A stretch of 63,331 bases of DNA, filler included, from Licmophora abbreviata (GCA_900291995.1; 13 parts of 13 records of this genome joined end to end with filler, not necessarily neighbours in it), one strand, 5' to 3'. Shown: positions 36,220 through 49,209, numbered from the whole stretch's first letter. Numbers and translations: made by a program. The notes: generated by a model from the sequence alone, not told the origin.

Positions 36220-39200
36220 TCATTTCACAGACTTGCCACCCGACCGATTCCATCCAATAATGGGCAATCTATGAAACTCGTTGATGTGCTGAGGAATTGA
36301 TGCTCGTCGTCCCAAACCACGATCCAAACATGCTACTAACTCAATAGCGCATTTGACATTCGTCACCAAGCTCACGTCAAAATCCACCGCCGCACGACGA
36401 ATACAATACCCAGAAGTCACCTCGTCGCGACGAGTCGATCCCTCGCTCACATTCACGACCATATCCACGTTGCCTTGCTTGATCTCAAACAACGCACTGC
36501 CGGTTTCATCATCATCTTCGTCCGTCGGTTTCTTCACAACTGTGATATTGGTAATGTCATGCTGCTCTTTGTAATATTTGGCAGTCCCAGGAGTGCCCAA
36601 CAACTTGTAACCCATACGGGACAGTTCCATCGCGGAACGGGCAAACTCAGCACGAAACTCGTCTGATGCAATCGACAAGAGAATGGTTCCAGAACGACTT
36701 GGTATCTTGAAGCCCGTCGACAGCATGGCCAACAAGAAGGCTTCGTGAGCATCGTCTCCAAAACAAGCCACTTCACCGGTAGAGGCCATTTCCACTCCCA
36801 AGGTTGGATCGGCGCCACGGAGGCGGGTGAAGGAAAACATGGGAGCCTGAGAAAGAGAACAACGGACGACCGTGAGTTTCAGAGAAAATACTTGCACACC
36901 GGAGCATACTATGGAGCACGCTTACCTTTACGCAAACATAGTCGATGTCAAGCAAAGAAATCCTGTAGGGCTCAGCGTCCATACCCGACATGGCCTTGGT
37001 CGCGAGAGAAATGAAGTTGTGGTTCAGCGTCTTACTGACGAACGGGAACGTCCGACTGGCCCTCAAGTTGCATTCAATGACCTGCACGTCGTTGTCCTTG
37101 GCCATGAATTGAATATTGAACGGCCCCGTGATGCGAAGTGCTTTGGCGATCGCCGTGGCAGAGCGCTTGACCTGGCGAATCGTGTTGACGTAAAGCTTCT
37201 GCGCCGGCAAGATCACCGTAGCATCACCACTGTGGACGCCGGCATTCTCCAAGTGCTCTCCAATCGCATAATTAAGGATTGTTCCGTTGTTCGCCACGGC
37301 ATCAAACTCAATCTCTTTGGCATTAACAATGAACTTGGTGACGACGACTGGCTTGTCGGCTGCAATGTCGGCGGCCACGCCAAGAAAGTTTCGAAGCTGC
37401 GTTTCTGTCGCCGCAACACGCATCGCGGCACCGGAAAGAACAAAGCTCGGACGGACCAGTACCGGGAAGCCGACGGTCTCGGCGAAGGCGATCGCTTCAT
37501 CCTTTGACTTCAACACGGACCAAGCGGGCTGTTTGATGCCCATAGTGTCCAACATATCTGAAAATTGACGCCTATCCTCAGCTCGTTCGATATCGCTCGC
37601 GTTTGTGCCCAAAATGTTGACCCCGCTCTGCGCAAGGGGACCTGCCAAGTTGTTCGGGATTTGTCCGCCCACAGACACAACGAGACCAGCCGGACCCTCG
37701 CGTTCGTAGATGTCGAGTACTCGCTCCAGACTCAGCTCTTCAAAGTAGAGTTGATCGCTCTCGTCGTAGTCTGTACTCACAGTTTCTGGGTTGTAGTTGA
37801 CGATGATGCTTTTGAAACCGTCCCGTCGTAGCTGGCGGACACACGACACAGCGCACCAATCGAACTCGACACTAGACCCAATGCAGTATGCACCACATCC
37901 TAGAACCATGACACCACGCTCCTTGGCGTCTGCAAGGGACCGGGCTGCCTGTGCGTTTGAGAAAGCTCTTGCGCGCCGGCTGAAATCAGCCGGAGAATGA
38001 TTGCGTTCACGTTCCACTGAAGAGAATCGNNNNNNNNNNNNNNNNNNNNNNNNNNNNNNNNNNNNNNNNNNNNTTAATTAATTAANNNNNNNNNNNNNNN
38101 NNNNNNNNNNNNNNNNNNNNNNNNNNNNNTACGACGGCGTCAGATCCGACGAGTAGCCGGTAAGGTCCAAGTCGTCTTCGCTGCCAGCGTAGGTCATGTA
38201 GAGATAGTTCGTCTGGGCTGGAAACTCTGCAGCAAGCGTGTCGATCTGCTTCACACAAGGCACGACTCCAAGAGCCTTGCGCTTGTCACGGACGCGTGAC
38301 TCGCCGTCCAGTCCGCAAGGAAGCCCCACGTATCGTGCAATCTGATGAGACCACGGAGACAGCATCAACAATGAGGTGCGTATCCGTAGCACTGACCAAC
38401 TAAACAAAGCACACACCGTTTCTCACCTGTCGATCACTGAATCCAGCCATCTTGAGGGCACGCATTCGTTCGAATCCATTCGTCCCAACAAGCGATTCAA
38501 GACTGCTGCTAGCCTTGCAGGCCTGCCTCATATCTGCGATGTTCTTCAGCTTAGAAAGGAACCATCGGTCGATCTTAGTCATCTGGTGGACTCTATCCAC
38601 TGACCAGCCAAGTTCGAGGGCAGTCTGGACGGCAAAGAGTCGAGTGTCTGTGGCGGTAGTGAGCTGCCTTTCGAGCGGAATGTCGTCCGGAATCAAGCTG
38701 GAGTCGTGACCGTCCAAACCGTCGAGAGACGGGTTGACCATACGACACGCTTTCTGAATTGTCTCTTCGAACGTGCGGCCGATCGACATAACTTCCCCCA
38801 CACTCAGCATAGACGACCCTAGCTCGTTGCTGACTTGCGAAAATTTCTTGAGGTCCCAGCGAGGCATTTTGACAACACAATAGTCCAGACTAGGCTCGAA
38901 GCAAGCCGTAGTTGTCTTGGTCACAGAGTTGCGAATGGACACAAGGTTCCTGCCTAAGGATAGTTTCGTGGCGACGTAGGCGAGAGGATATCCCGTGGCC
39001 TTCGAGGCAAGCGCCGATGAGCGAGACAGACGCGCGTTGACTTCAATGATGCAGTACTTCTCGCTTTCGGGGTGAAGAGCGTATTGGATATTGCATTCAC
39101 CAACGATCCCCAAGTGGCGAACGACTTTAAGGGCAGTCCTTCGAAGCATGAAGTATTCTCGGTTTGTAAGAGTCTGCGATGGAGCAACGACAATGGAATC

Positions 39201-41180
39201 CCCTGTGTGGATGCCGAGTGGGTCAAAGTTCTCCATGTTACACACAGTGATGCAGTTATCGCTCGAGTCACGGACAACTTCGTACTCCAGTTCCTTCCAT
39301 CCACGAAGATCCTGATCGATCAAGATTTGAGAGCTGTTCGTAAACGCCTTGGCGGCCAGGCTCTTGAGTTCAGCGTCATTCGCCGCGAACCCCGACCCGA
39401 GACCTCCCAAGGCGAAAGCCGCTCGGATCAAGACTGGATAGCCAATCTTGTTGGCCGCTTCGACCGCTTCGTCGATGTCACTTGCACTGTACGACAAAGC
39501 AATAGTCTCGTCAATCTCTTTCAGCTTGGAGCTAAAGATCTCGCGATCTTCGGTCGCTTCGATGACTGGAATCTGGGTTCCCAGCACTTCGACTCCCGCC
39601 TCTTGCAATTGACCGGTCTTCCACAATTCGATTCCGACATTTAGGGCAGTTTGACCTCCCATTGACACGATGATACCATCCGGTTTTTCCTTTGTGATGA
39701 TGTCCATTACGACTGAAGGGCGAATGGGCAAGAAGTATACCCGATCAGCCCCGCGAAAGCTCTCCCCTTGTTCCTGCGAGGTCTGCACCGTTGCGATATT
39801 GGGATTGATCAAAATAACTTCGATTCCTTCTTCCTTCAAGGCTTTGATACACTGACTTCCCGAGTAATCGAACTCTCCTGCCTGTCCAATACTCAGACCG
39901 CCGCTGCCCACCAATAAGACCTTCTTGTATGTCTTGCGCACATAGCTTAGTCCGTCTTGCAACACCAATGGCTGTGGCACATTCCGAACGTGTCCGACGA
40001 ACTTATCAAACAGAAACGCCGTGTCCAAGGGCCCTCCGCTGGCCTCCGGATGAAATTGGACGCTGAAGAATGGCTTGTTGGTATGCACAATACCTTCATT
40101 CGTCAAGTCGTTGGCATTCAGAAAGAGCGCCTTCCAGTACGTAGGGAGCGAGCTGGTATCGACGGCATACCCATGATTCTGCGGCGTAATGTAGCAACGT
40201 CCGGTCCGTAAGTCGATTGCGGGTTGGTTCATTCCGCGGTTCCCGTACTTGAGCTTGTACGTCTTGGCGCCGGCGGCGAGAGCCAACAACTGGTTTCCGA
40301 GGCAGATACCAAAGATGGGTCGCGCGGGTTCGAGCTGAAGCGCATACTGAATGGACGCAATCGTTTCAGGGCACATGGTGGGATCGCCTGGGCCGTTGCT
40401 GAGAAAGAGGCCGTCCCATTCAATCTTGTCGGGGTTGGCCTTCAAGTCATAGTTGAAGGGAACAACCGTCAATTGAACCTTGTGTTCTTGTACAAGGTAT
40501 CGGATAATGTTGAACTTCATACCACAGTCGTAAGCGACAATGCGAGTAGCATTACCCTTTCCATACGTGACGATAGACTTGGTCGACACCTCCGCAACGA
40601 GATTCCGTTCGTTGGGATCAGGGAAGTCAGCCTTCGGGATGGGTTGGAAGGAGGTAGGATTGACGGCGATGCGTCCAAGGATACTTCCGCACTCTCGGAG
40701 CTGCTTCGTCAAAGCACGAGTGTCGACGCCGTAGACTCCAGGAATATCGTTGTCGCTCAACCACTTGGAAAGGCTCTTCTGCGCTGCCCAATGAGAGTGC
40801 TCCCACGAGTAGGAACTGACGACGAGACCGGCAATGTGGATATCGTTGCTCTCAAAATAGAGGGGAAGCCCGTGATCATCGAGGATCTTGTCATCTGGAA
40901 CGCCGTAGTTTCCAATCAAGGGATAGGTCAGTACCAAGATCTGTCCTCGGTAGCTTGGATCGGTGAGCGCCTCAGGATAGCCCACCATGCCAGTGTTGAA
41001 GACAACTTCGCCCCAGCGACTGACAGGTGCGCCAAAGGACCGTGCTTCGATCGGAGGCGATCCATCGGCCAAGTACAGTAACGCAGGGTCTCCCTGGGAG
41101 CAGATGAGGAGAGGTGGAGAGGCATGAGGTGAGTTTCGAGCGAAGGAGTGGCTCAAAAGGCGACAAGCGGGACGAAACAT
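36220..41180 (-). CDS. CPS: Carbamoyl-phosphate synthase with fused glutaminase and synthetase domains and MGS domain; introns 38426-38342 and 36925-36847; spans gap 38030-38129; 5' end uncertain
   Basis: [104 protein letters not shown]. Confidence 0.96.
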
Positions 41181-41785
41181 TCACATATTTTTAACATGGT
41201 TCCTCTTGGCGCGCCAATATTGTCAGTATGAAAAATAGATTCCTTTTTCTTCGAAAAATAGTAGAACAAAGTGTACGGAATCCAGCCCGAAACGGAATCT
41301 CAGTTTCGATTTGCGAACCAATGCTTGCCAATACATCCAATGCGATCATGACGCTTCGTCTCTCGATGTATCGTTTCTGACGTACCTNNNNNNNNNNNNN
41401 NNNNNNNNNNNNNNNNNNNNNNNNNNNNNNNTTAATTAATTAANNNNNNNNNNNNNNNNNNNNNNNNNNNNNNNNNNNNNNNNNNNNCACAAAACAACTC
41501 ATCGCCTTGGATCTGCGATTGTGGCTGATTTGCCAGTAAAAAAAAATCTCTTACAGATATTGAATCGCTAGCAATTTGCTAGTGAAAATACGTATTTCAA
41601 ACGTACGAGGAAGACACCTTTGCTGCGTCGCGCGCCCACCATGACACGCAGCATCAGTCGGAGTCGCGCAGCCATCATCACACTTACATCCAGATTGGAT
41701 TCGATTGATTCGATTCATCGCGAACACCGCAAACGTTTCTCACAATCGTTTCTCACAAACTTCAAACTGTTCATTCACCATCATC

Positions 41786-43645
41786 ATGATGCACACTGAA
41801 ACAGACGAGAAGAAGGCCAAGGCTGCTGCACGAGCAAAGCAGTGGCGCCTCGACAAGAAAAAGGACGAAGCGAAACGCAAGGAACGTGAATTGAAACACA
41901 AGGAACGTGAATTGAAACTGAAGAAAAGCAGATCAGAAGCGAACCGCCGGTACTACGTGAAGAGCAAAATGGCCCGCGCCAAGAACGACTCTGAAAGCCC
42001 CCCGCCACCCGTCGAGACGCCAGCGGGTCTGATGTGGGCACCCCACCCGTCGTCACAGATGTTTCTTCCTCATCAGCTCACGGCGCCGTCGCAACTCCAG
42101 ATTCTCTATGCGCAGAGCTTGCAGCGTGAGTTTGATTGTATTAAGCACGTCACAAGTGAGAATAGCAAGATTGCCGCCGACAATGACCAGCGGGCTAAGC
42201 GGGCTAAGCAGTGCATCTCGGAAGAAGTCAGCTTCCGCCAAATGATGATCGCCTCTGTAGGCGCGGAACAGACTCGTCTTTCCACCGTGTAAGTAGACGT
42301 CTTCCTTTTCGAGCTTGATCATCTGTCATGTGTTTTCACTTACGTTGTTACTTCTATTCCTTTCTCTCTTTCTCTTTGTAGCTCTGAGTCGCCGCAGCTT
42401 TCTAGGCAGCTAGTATTCAACAAGGATGGGGATGACGACGCGAAGATGGCAGCCAAGGAGCACGAAACAGACGCCGTTGCCGATGAAGTGTCGGGCAGTG
42501 TCAACGGGCCGTCTGGTGCCACCCGGCGCAAGCTTTCGAAGCGCAAGACGATACCACTTCCGACCCAGTCGGATGATGTTGACCCGTCATTCGCATCGCC
42601 GGCTAAGAAGAAGCGCAAAGCATCCAAGCAGCCGCCTATCTCCGCCCGCAAGTCGCCGCGCTCGTCGCGCAAGCCACCCGTCTCTGCCCGCAAGTCAACG
42701 CTGAAGCCCGGGTCCCCTTGGAAAGATGACGCTGATTGGTGGAACGACATTGCCATTGTCGGCGAAGTCATGCACAACATCAATTCTATCCACTCTGGAG
42801 CGGATTGTATTGACGGCGGAAAGCGCCCATATGTCTTCAATGCCACCAAGGTGCGCGATCTACTGGACGCGAACCCCGAGAGAAAGGTATGCTTGTTTGC
42901 GATCTCGGAGCCCTGTAATATTCCTGCCATCGGTGACGTGAAGCCCGGGATTCAGGCTGTGCCGGTGCTGAATGCCATTTTGGTCCCCAAGGAATTGCCA
43001 GGTCCGCCGCCGTTTGTGAGCATTCATGAAAAGGTCGTGCACGTGTCAGAGCTTAGTTTGTCCTGGCGGCACGCAGTACCTGGCTCTTGGGCGGACGGTC
43101 GCTTGCTCTACCTCAAATCAAATCGTCGCGTCACCAAGAACTCGTCCAACGACCTTGAGGACTTGTCGATTTTCCAGCATGCTAACCTCTTCATGATGAA
43201 TTCGAAAGATGCCGAAGTTACTGAAGTGGACTTCGAGTTCGTTTCCCCCGACGGAGAAGAAACATTCCCCGATCGTGTCAAGGTCACTGGTGACATGGAC
43301 GAGGTCGTTTCCAAGTACATGAAAGGGAACGATCTCAACGAGGACCTCCACGAGCTTGTGAAGGAGGCCCTCCAGGACGACATCGACAAGGCCCGGGCTG
43401 AGAAGGAAGCCAAGATGAAGCTTTTGCGCAACACCGGCTTTGCCCTTGATACCCTAGATGCGATTCAAGTCGTCAAACTCTACCCCGAGAACGCATTCAT
43501 TGTAGATTCAATGAAGTGCAACTTTGTGAATAAGTTCTACGGCGACTCTGTCAATGGGTTTGTGAACGCTCTAGCGGCCACCGCTCTCGACTTGTGCGGT
43601 AACAATCCGGCTCCCACGGTCGACTTGTGGGGCAATCCCTTCTAG
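41786..43645 (+). CDS. HEAT INTOLERANT 4 (HIT4)-like nuclear protein; intron 42289-42381
   Basis: Basic NLS-rich N-terminal half. C-terminal blocks KVCLFAISEP, VPVLNAI, TEVDFEF and VVKLYPEN...KCNFVNKFYG match, in order, the plant HIT4 blocks as I recall them (KVYVFGCTEP, VPAVVVI, TEVQIMF, KFYKFYPQP...SPFINRYYG). Confidence 0.65.
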
Positions 43646-44062
43646 AGGAGAAGTTCGACAACCGCTCGAAAAGATCGATCGACAATCCGTAGAATGATGC
43701 AACCGTGAATTAAGAATGACCGACTGACATTAGAAGTCCATGTTTCACTTCCGTTCAGTCCGTTTGTAGTGTACGTATTAGCAAGCAAAGTACCAGGACA
43801 AGCTGCCATCAGCATGCTCGATCACACTCTTCCGGGACGACCGAGGTTTCAAATCAGCAGCTCGATTTGGCACCGATAACGCATCATCAGTCATGGGCTC
43901 CATCACAGCTTACACCGTACTCGACAGCAAACAAACATGCAGTAGATCACTGAACAGAACAGAAAGAGGATTAAATTTGAAAAACTAACGAAAGAGCGAA
44001 ATCCAACTTCTATGAATTGTAAGGAATGAGTGTGCCATATTTGCCTAGCTTGTGGGTGGCCA

Positions 44063-45421
44063 TCACGCCGTTTCAGCCAGCGAGTCGTCTCCGCCGTCTG
44101 AAAGAGATTCTGGATTGAAAGCTCCCTCAACGCCGTCGCTACTCGCTTCGGTACCTCCTGTCTCAAGACGTGATTCTTCATCTGGAACGCCGGAAAATAC
44201 GACAGCAACCCCTGCTCCTTCCGCCAAGTTCGACGACTCTGTTCGGAAGGCAGACGACCGGCGTCGCTTGACGCTCTGATCTACGACTTCATTCCATACT
44301 GACTGAGAAGTTCCCCCACTACTAAGTCTTCTGTTCTTCGGAAGGTTCATTGTTCCGTGGTGTATGGCATAGTAGGAAACACGCCACCATGACCAGTCTT
44401 TGAAGCTCTTCCGGATGTGCGAGTATCGCGGTTGGAAGTACAAGAGCCAATTGAAGAACCCTTGGGACGGTTGCAGAATGTTTCCCGTCAGCACAAGCCA
44501 GTAGGGAGGAGGCGAATGGGCGATGACACGAATGAGATTCGCGATGGTAATCCAGGAGTAGGTGTTGAGAAAGATGAAAGAGTACAGCAGCGCCCTTGTC
44601 ACGACCTGATTTCCCAGGGCTGGCCGAATGGTGACGGCTTTTCGCAAGTGGTGCGCAGTGCGGTGGCGACTCTTTTGCAGAGCATTTCGCTCGTGCTTCA
44701 TGACATAGAACGTAAGCACAGCAAGAGCACCAAAGATAACTACCAAGGCCACGAGGGTTGGGCCCAAGTTGAAGGCCCACTTGTACTTGCGGTGGTCCGC
44801 TCCTCTCTGACACGGAACATTAGGGTTCTCGACGCATCCCATCGGGAACGAATTGATAGAGCATCGACCAGTAGGAGAAGGGTTGTAAATATTCAGCGCT
44901 ACCCCGGCTGAGGCAGTACCGATTGCAAAGAGAATCGCAAAAGCATGGCACCAGGGCTCGATCCATTTGGCAATGAAAGCATCGCGTTCCCCGCCACAGA
45001 CGGTAACCGCGTAGTAAACCATGAGGATGGCGTTGTAGATTGGCTGCGCGTATCCGCTCTGGAGCATGAACCCCTGGAACTCGCAGGTCGAGACATTGCC
45101 GTAGGTGCCATCGATGGGGAGAAAGTCTGGCATGAGGATCGTGCCCAGTACGAACATGAGAGAAAACGGAATGTCGGCGATGCTGATCGCGCACAAAAGC
45201 CGGTTCTGGATGCGCCCGAATCTGTGCATGGAGGACTTGAGAATCATGTAGAGGACGACGCAAGAACCTAGCACGGATAACGCGCCCGTGATTCGAGGGA
45301 TATTGTGGAGGGCTTTCAGTTGCGCTTGCGTGAACGAGGGTCGACGACCGCCCCCGCCCGGGGGACCCATTCCTCCGCCTGGTGGCATTCCCCCGGTGGG
45401 CATTCCTCCGGTCGCATTCAT
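44063..45421 (-). CDS. 7-TM G-protein-coupled receptor-like protein (cAMP-receptor/Git3-like, diatom-expanded type)
   Basis: Seven hydrophobic helices, LSVLGSCVVLY, NRLLCAISIAD, extracellular TCEFQGF and TM7 LQPSQGFFNWLLY. Confidence 0.85.
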   Translation of the reverse strand: MNATGGMPTGGMPPGGGMGPPGGGGRRPSFTQAQLKALHNIPRITGALSVLGSCVVLYMILKSSMHRFGRIQNRLLCAISIADIPFSLMFVLGTILMPDFLPIDGTYGNVSTCEFQGFMLQSGYAQPIYNAILMVYYAVTVCGGERDAFIAKWIEPWCHAFAILFAIGTASAGVALNIYNPSPTGRCSINSFPMGCVENPNVPCQRGADHRKYKWAFNLGPTLVALVVIFGALAVLTFYVMKHERNALQKSRHRTAHHLRKAVTIRPALGNQVVTRALLYSFIFLNTYSWITIANLIRVIAHSPPPYWLVLTGNILQPSQGFFNWLLYFQPRYSHIRKSFKDWSWWRVSYYAIHHGTMNLPKNRRLSSGGTSQSVWNEVVDQSVKRRRSSAFRTESSNLAEGAGVAVVFSGVPDEESRLETGGTEASSDGVEGAFNPESLSDGGDDSLAETA

Positions 45422-46332
45422 GGTGATACCAAAATGGAAACTGTCTTCCTTACCGCCGCTCTTGCTTCTCAACGTTCCCCCGATCGAATTGGAAAGCAAA
45501 ATAGATGCTATGATACACTGCTCAATATGTCTTGCAATTTACCCGGTACACTAGTCTACAAGTACCATCAGCCGCTCGTGGTACCATCAGGTATTCTATC
45601 TACGAGNNNNNNNNNNNNNNNNNNNNNNNNNNNNNNNNNNNNNNNNNNNNTTAATTAATTAANNNNNNNNNNNNNNNNNNNNNNNNNNNNNNNNNNNNNN
45701 NNNNNNAGTAGAAAACACTCGACTTACTCGACTTTACTGCTCGAATGAATCAACCATCACTAAACGATGGTGGTTTACATACATTTAGCAGCATTGGCCA
45801 TACAACGACCGGAAACGGTGAAGTTAGTGTGCACCAAGTCATATTGATTGGAGGCCACACCATGCAAGATGACTTGCTTGCCGCCACCATCAGGGCTCGC
45901 AGGTTTTCGTTTCGTTTATGCAATCTCATCCCCCGAGCGGATGAAACGGTTAAAGTACTGTAAGTAGATTAGACTTGACTCATCGATACGCACCTTGAAT
46001 TTGGACCTGCCACTCTAGATATTGTTCGCGGCCATCTTTGTGGAGCCTAAATGGTGATCTCTCTAGAGATTAAATGGTTTCTCGGACTAACTGTTTATCA
46101 TAGCTCTCATCTATTTGTCAGGGTCGATTCCTATGCGCGGGTAAGCAGCAAGCACATGACCACACAATGGAGTCAAGCCTGCGCCCCGTCGTTGATTCAC
46201 ATTACTTTTGCTCTCTTGCGTCTTGTTATTATTTGATTGTCCCTTCCATCCTTTCATTTCGATCGATTCATCATTCCGTAGTCACTTGCACCACTTGCGT
46301 TCCCGCTATAGCCCTCGTCGTTGCTGTTTACG

Positions 46333-48146
46333 CTACTCCATCCACGTGACATTATCTCCCAATATCAAGACATCACTGGGCAAAGACCCCGCGCACGGTG
46401 ACAACAGATGCAGCATGTCGGACTCGAGCAACACCCGTTCCACAACCACAAATCCCGCCACACCACTCGTATATAAGTCATGCGCCATACCCGATTCCCG
46501 ATATGCTTGTACCGCATGCGGATGACATATCGCCAAGACAGCATGCTGCAGCTTATTGTCCGTCACGTCTACTTGTACCAATTGCACCGGTTCCGTTTCT
46601 TGCTTGGCTGACACCGGAAGGAGGGATGCCGACAACGCCAAGGACGAGTACTTGTATATTGTCACTTTGCTAATGGGCACATGCGCCAAGAAGGGCGTGA
46701 GTTTGGTGGTTGCTGACTGTCCGTAGAAGTAACGCTTCATGGCCCGGGACTTGAGCTGGCGTCGGGTGGTCGAATCGCGTGACACGGCCCCACCCGAGCG
46801 AGGCACCTTGATGATCTTGAGGAGCGACTCTGGCTGGGCGGCAGAGGAAAAGTGTGACTGTAACAAGCTGTACAAACGATCGTGCCCCAACACCAACACG
46901 ACCGTAATGCTCAACGCATTCACTGCNNNNNNNNNNNNNNNNNNNNNNNNNNNNNNNNNNNNNNNNNNNNTTAATTAATTAANNNNNNNNNNNNNNNNNN
47001 NNNNNNNNNNNNNNNNNNNNNNNNNNGTGAATAAATGTGTGTTTGTGGAAGTAGTAAACATATGAGTAGTGATCGCTGTGAATCGAAACCATCACCAGGA
47101 TTGTCATACGAAGCCACATAAGACACACCAGGGCAACACACGAACGCACCTTTTGAATCCACCCATTCGTATTAACGATGACCCCACTGGCCTGTTCCGC
47201 ATCGAAATCCACCCCAGACGACGCCTTCGTCCATCGTTGATCAATCTTTTGTCCCAACGCGGTCACTTGTGCCTCCCACAGCTTTCGACTGTCACCACCG
47301 CCACTGCTAGTATTACTTTTGTTGTTGTTGCTGAAATCGTCGTCCGCGAGTGATGTAGTACCATGCCAGAGTACCAAGGGTGTCACTGAGTTTGATTCGG
47401 ACACTGTTGCAGTGGGTTTCATTTCAAGGACAGGAGCAACGCAGAGTGTTCCTGGAATGGAAATGGCGTTGTCGGCAGGGTCCAAGTCGACAAAGAGGGG
47501 CGTGCGTCCCAACTTTGTGGCTGTATTGGATCAATACGATGGTGGTGGTGGTGGTGGTGTGAGCATAGAAACACCCCGATGAATCTCGAACAAGCACACA
47601 TACATAGAGAGAAAGAGACGCACACACACACATATGCACGCACGCACCATAGGCCAAGAGGATACGACAGAGACTGGTCTTGCCCGAGTCGACGTCCCCC
47701 ACTACCAAGACTCTTGGTCCTTGTGCTTGTTGTTGCAGAGCAGTATCTCTCATGGCTTCCAATTGTGCATGCGTATTGACAAAGGCAACATTACAGGACG
47801 TATCTTCTGCCTCGACTTTGTAGAGAAAGAGTCCCGTATCGTCAAAGCTATTGGAACTAGTAGAAGTATCCAAGACACAGCCATGCCAGGTGAAGAAGGC
47901 CAGTGTTGTCGGACTGCTGGGGGAGGAATCGAATTCGTAGGCCTTGTGCAAGGCCAGTTCGACTCCCAGCAGTTCGCAGGATCCACGTTGCAGTGTCACA
48001 ACGATGCTGCCGCTTGCAGTGCTCATGTTACTAGCACTACCGATCCGGAGTTCGGACTCCGCGGTCAGGATGTGACGTTTCGTAGTGTCGTCCGAGACTA
48101 TCGGAGGCAAGTCCGAAGTAGAATAAGAGGCAGTAGCAGCCGTCAT
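46333..48146 (-). CDS. CLP1: Polynucleotide 5'-kinase / cleavage-polyadenylation factor Clp1; intron 47647-47521; spans gap 46927-47026
   Basis: GSCELLGVEL, AFFTWHGC, PRVLVVGDVDSGKTSLCRILLAY, PLFVDLDP, SGVIVNTNGW, RSGGAVSRD, YFYG, GVAGFVVV, LSPCAGSLP. Confidence 0.92.
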
Positions 48147-48510
48147 GGTGAAGCATCCAGCAGAAACGACGACGATGGCGGCAACGAGGAACAAGGAGTG
48201 CAAAGTTTGTGATGCATTCCGGTACGACACGAATTTAACTCGAAAAAAGCCGAAATCTGAAATCTGAGATCGCGCGGCAGAGGTCGATCGATGTATGTGC
48301 GCCGGCGGTCAACGATGTGTTATCATACTTTCAACTTTGATGCGCTGTATCATAATCAGGCCGATCAAGTAGTATCGTTGTTGCCGTGTTTCTTATTCCA
48401 GTTTCGTTGCAATCTTTTGCACCTCTAGCTACAGAAGTGTGGTTTCTAAAGCGAACCGTGATCCGTAGACTGCTAGAAACTCAGTCAATCTCAAATCTCA
48501 ATCCACCAAA

Positions 48511-49209
48511 ATGGGACAGTGTCTCTCGGTTGTGAATCAGATCCTCGAGACTGCCAACACAGTCGCTACACCAGAAGCTAACACAGCTCATTCTTCGTCG
48601 TCATCGTCGCCCTCTCCGTACTATGCGTCTCTTCCTGCCGGTGCAGAACGTTATTCGGTCCGCAACGTCTACGACGGCGATACGCTCACCCTCACCGACC
48701 AACGACGCGTACGCTTCCTTGGTGTCGACACTCCCGAACTCAAAGAACGAGAGCCCTTCTCTCAAGAAGCCAAACACTACACCTCCTCTCACTGCAGTGA
48801 CTCTACGATATGGTTGTCCTACGAACCGAACCATGAACGGAAGGATCACTACGGTCGATTGCTGGCATGGGTGTGGGTCGAAGCTACCAATACTAATAGT
48901 ACGGATGGCCAAAACTACCTCTGTGTGAATGAGGGACTCATCCAACAGGGCTTGGCCAGTGCGTATACGCCCTCCTCCAATATCCATTTTCACAATTGGG
49001 ACAAACTCTTGGCCTTGCAACACCAGGCGCGGAACGAGCGAAGGGGCATGTGGAAGGACTCTCACAATGAAACAGTCTACAAGACGGCCAATGGATCGGC
49101 GTTTCATAAACGGGACTGTGAACATTTGGCGAATGTACGCCATCTCACCGAAATGACCAAGAACCAAGCCATGGACAAGGGATTGCACGCGTGTCGGACT
49201 TGTTACTAA
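48511..49209 (+). CDS. Staphylococcal-nuclease (thermonuclease) domain protein with N-terminal MGxC motif and C-terminal Ada-like metal-binding domain
   Basis: VYDGDTL, RVRFLGVDTPE, DHYGRLLAWV, NEGLIQQGLA, ARNERRGMW, then FHKRDC...GLHACRTC. Confidence 0.88.
   Translation: MGQCLSVVNQILETANTVATPEANTAHSSSSSSPSPYYASLPAGAERYSVRNVYDGDTLTLTDQRRVRFLGVDTPELKEREPFSQEAKHYTSSHCSDSTIWLSYEPNHERKDHYGRLLAWVWVEATNTNSTDGQNYLCVNEGLIQQGLASAYTPSSNIHFHNWDKLLALQHQARNERRGMWKDSHNETVYKTANGSAFHKRDCEHLANVRHLTEMTKNQAMDKGLHACRTCY

Noticed and set aside
47540..47647. (GGT)n, (GA)n and (CA)n microsatellites
   Set aside because: Simple repeats inside a Clp1 intron, with no evidence of function.
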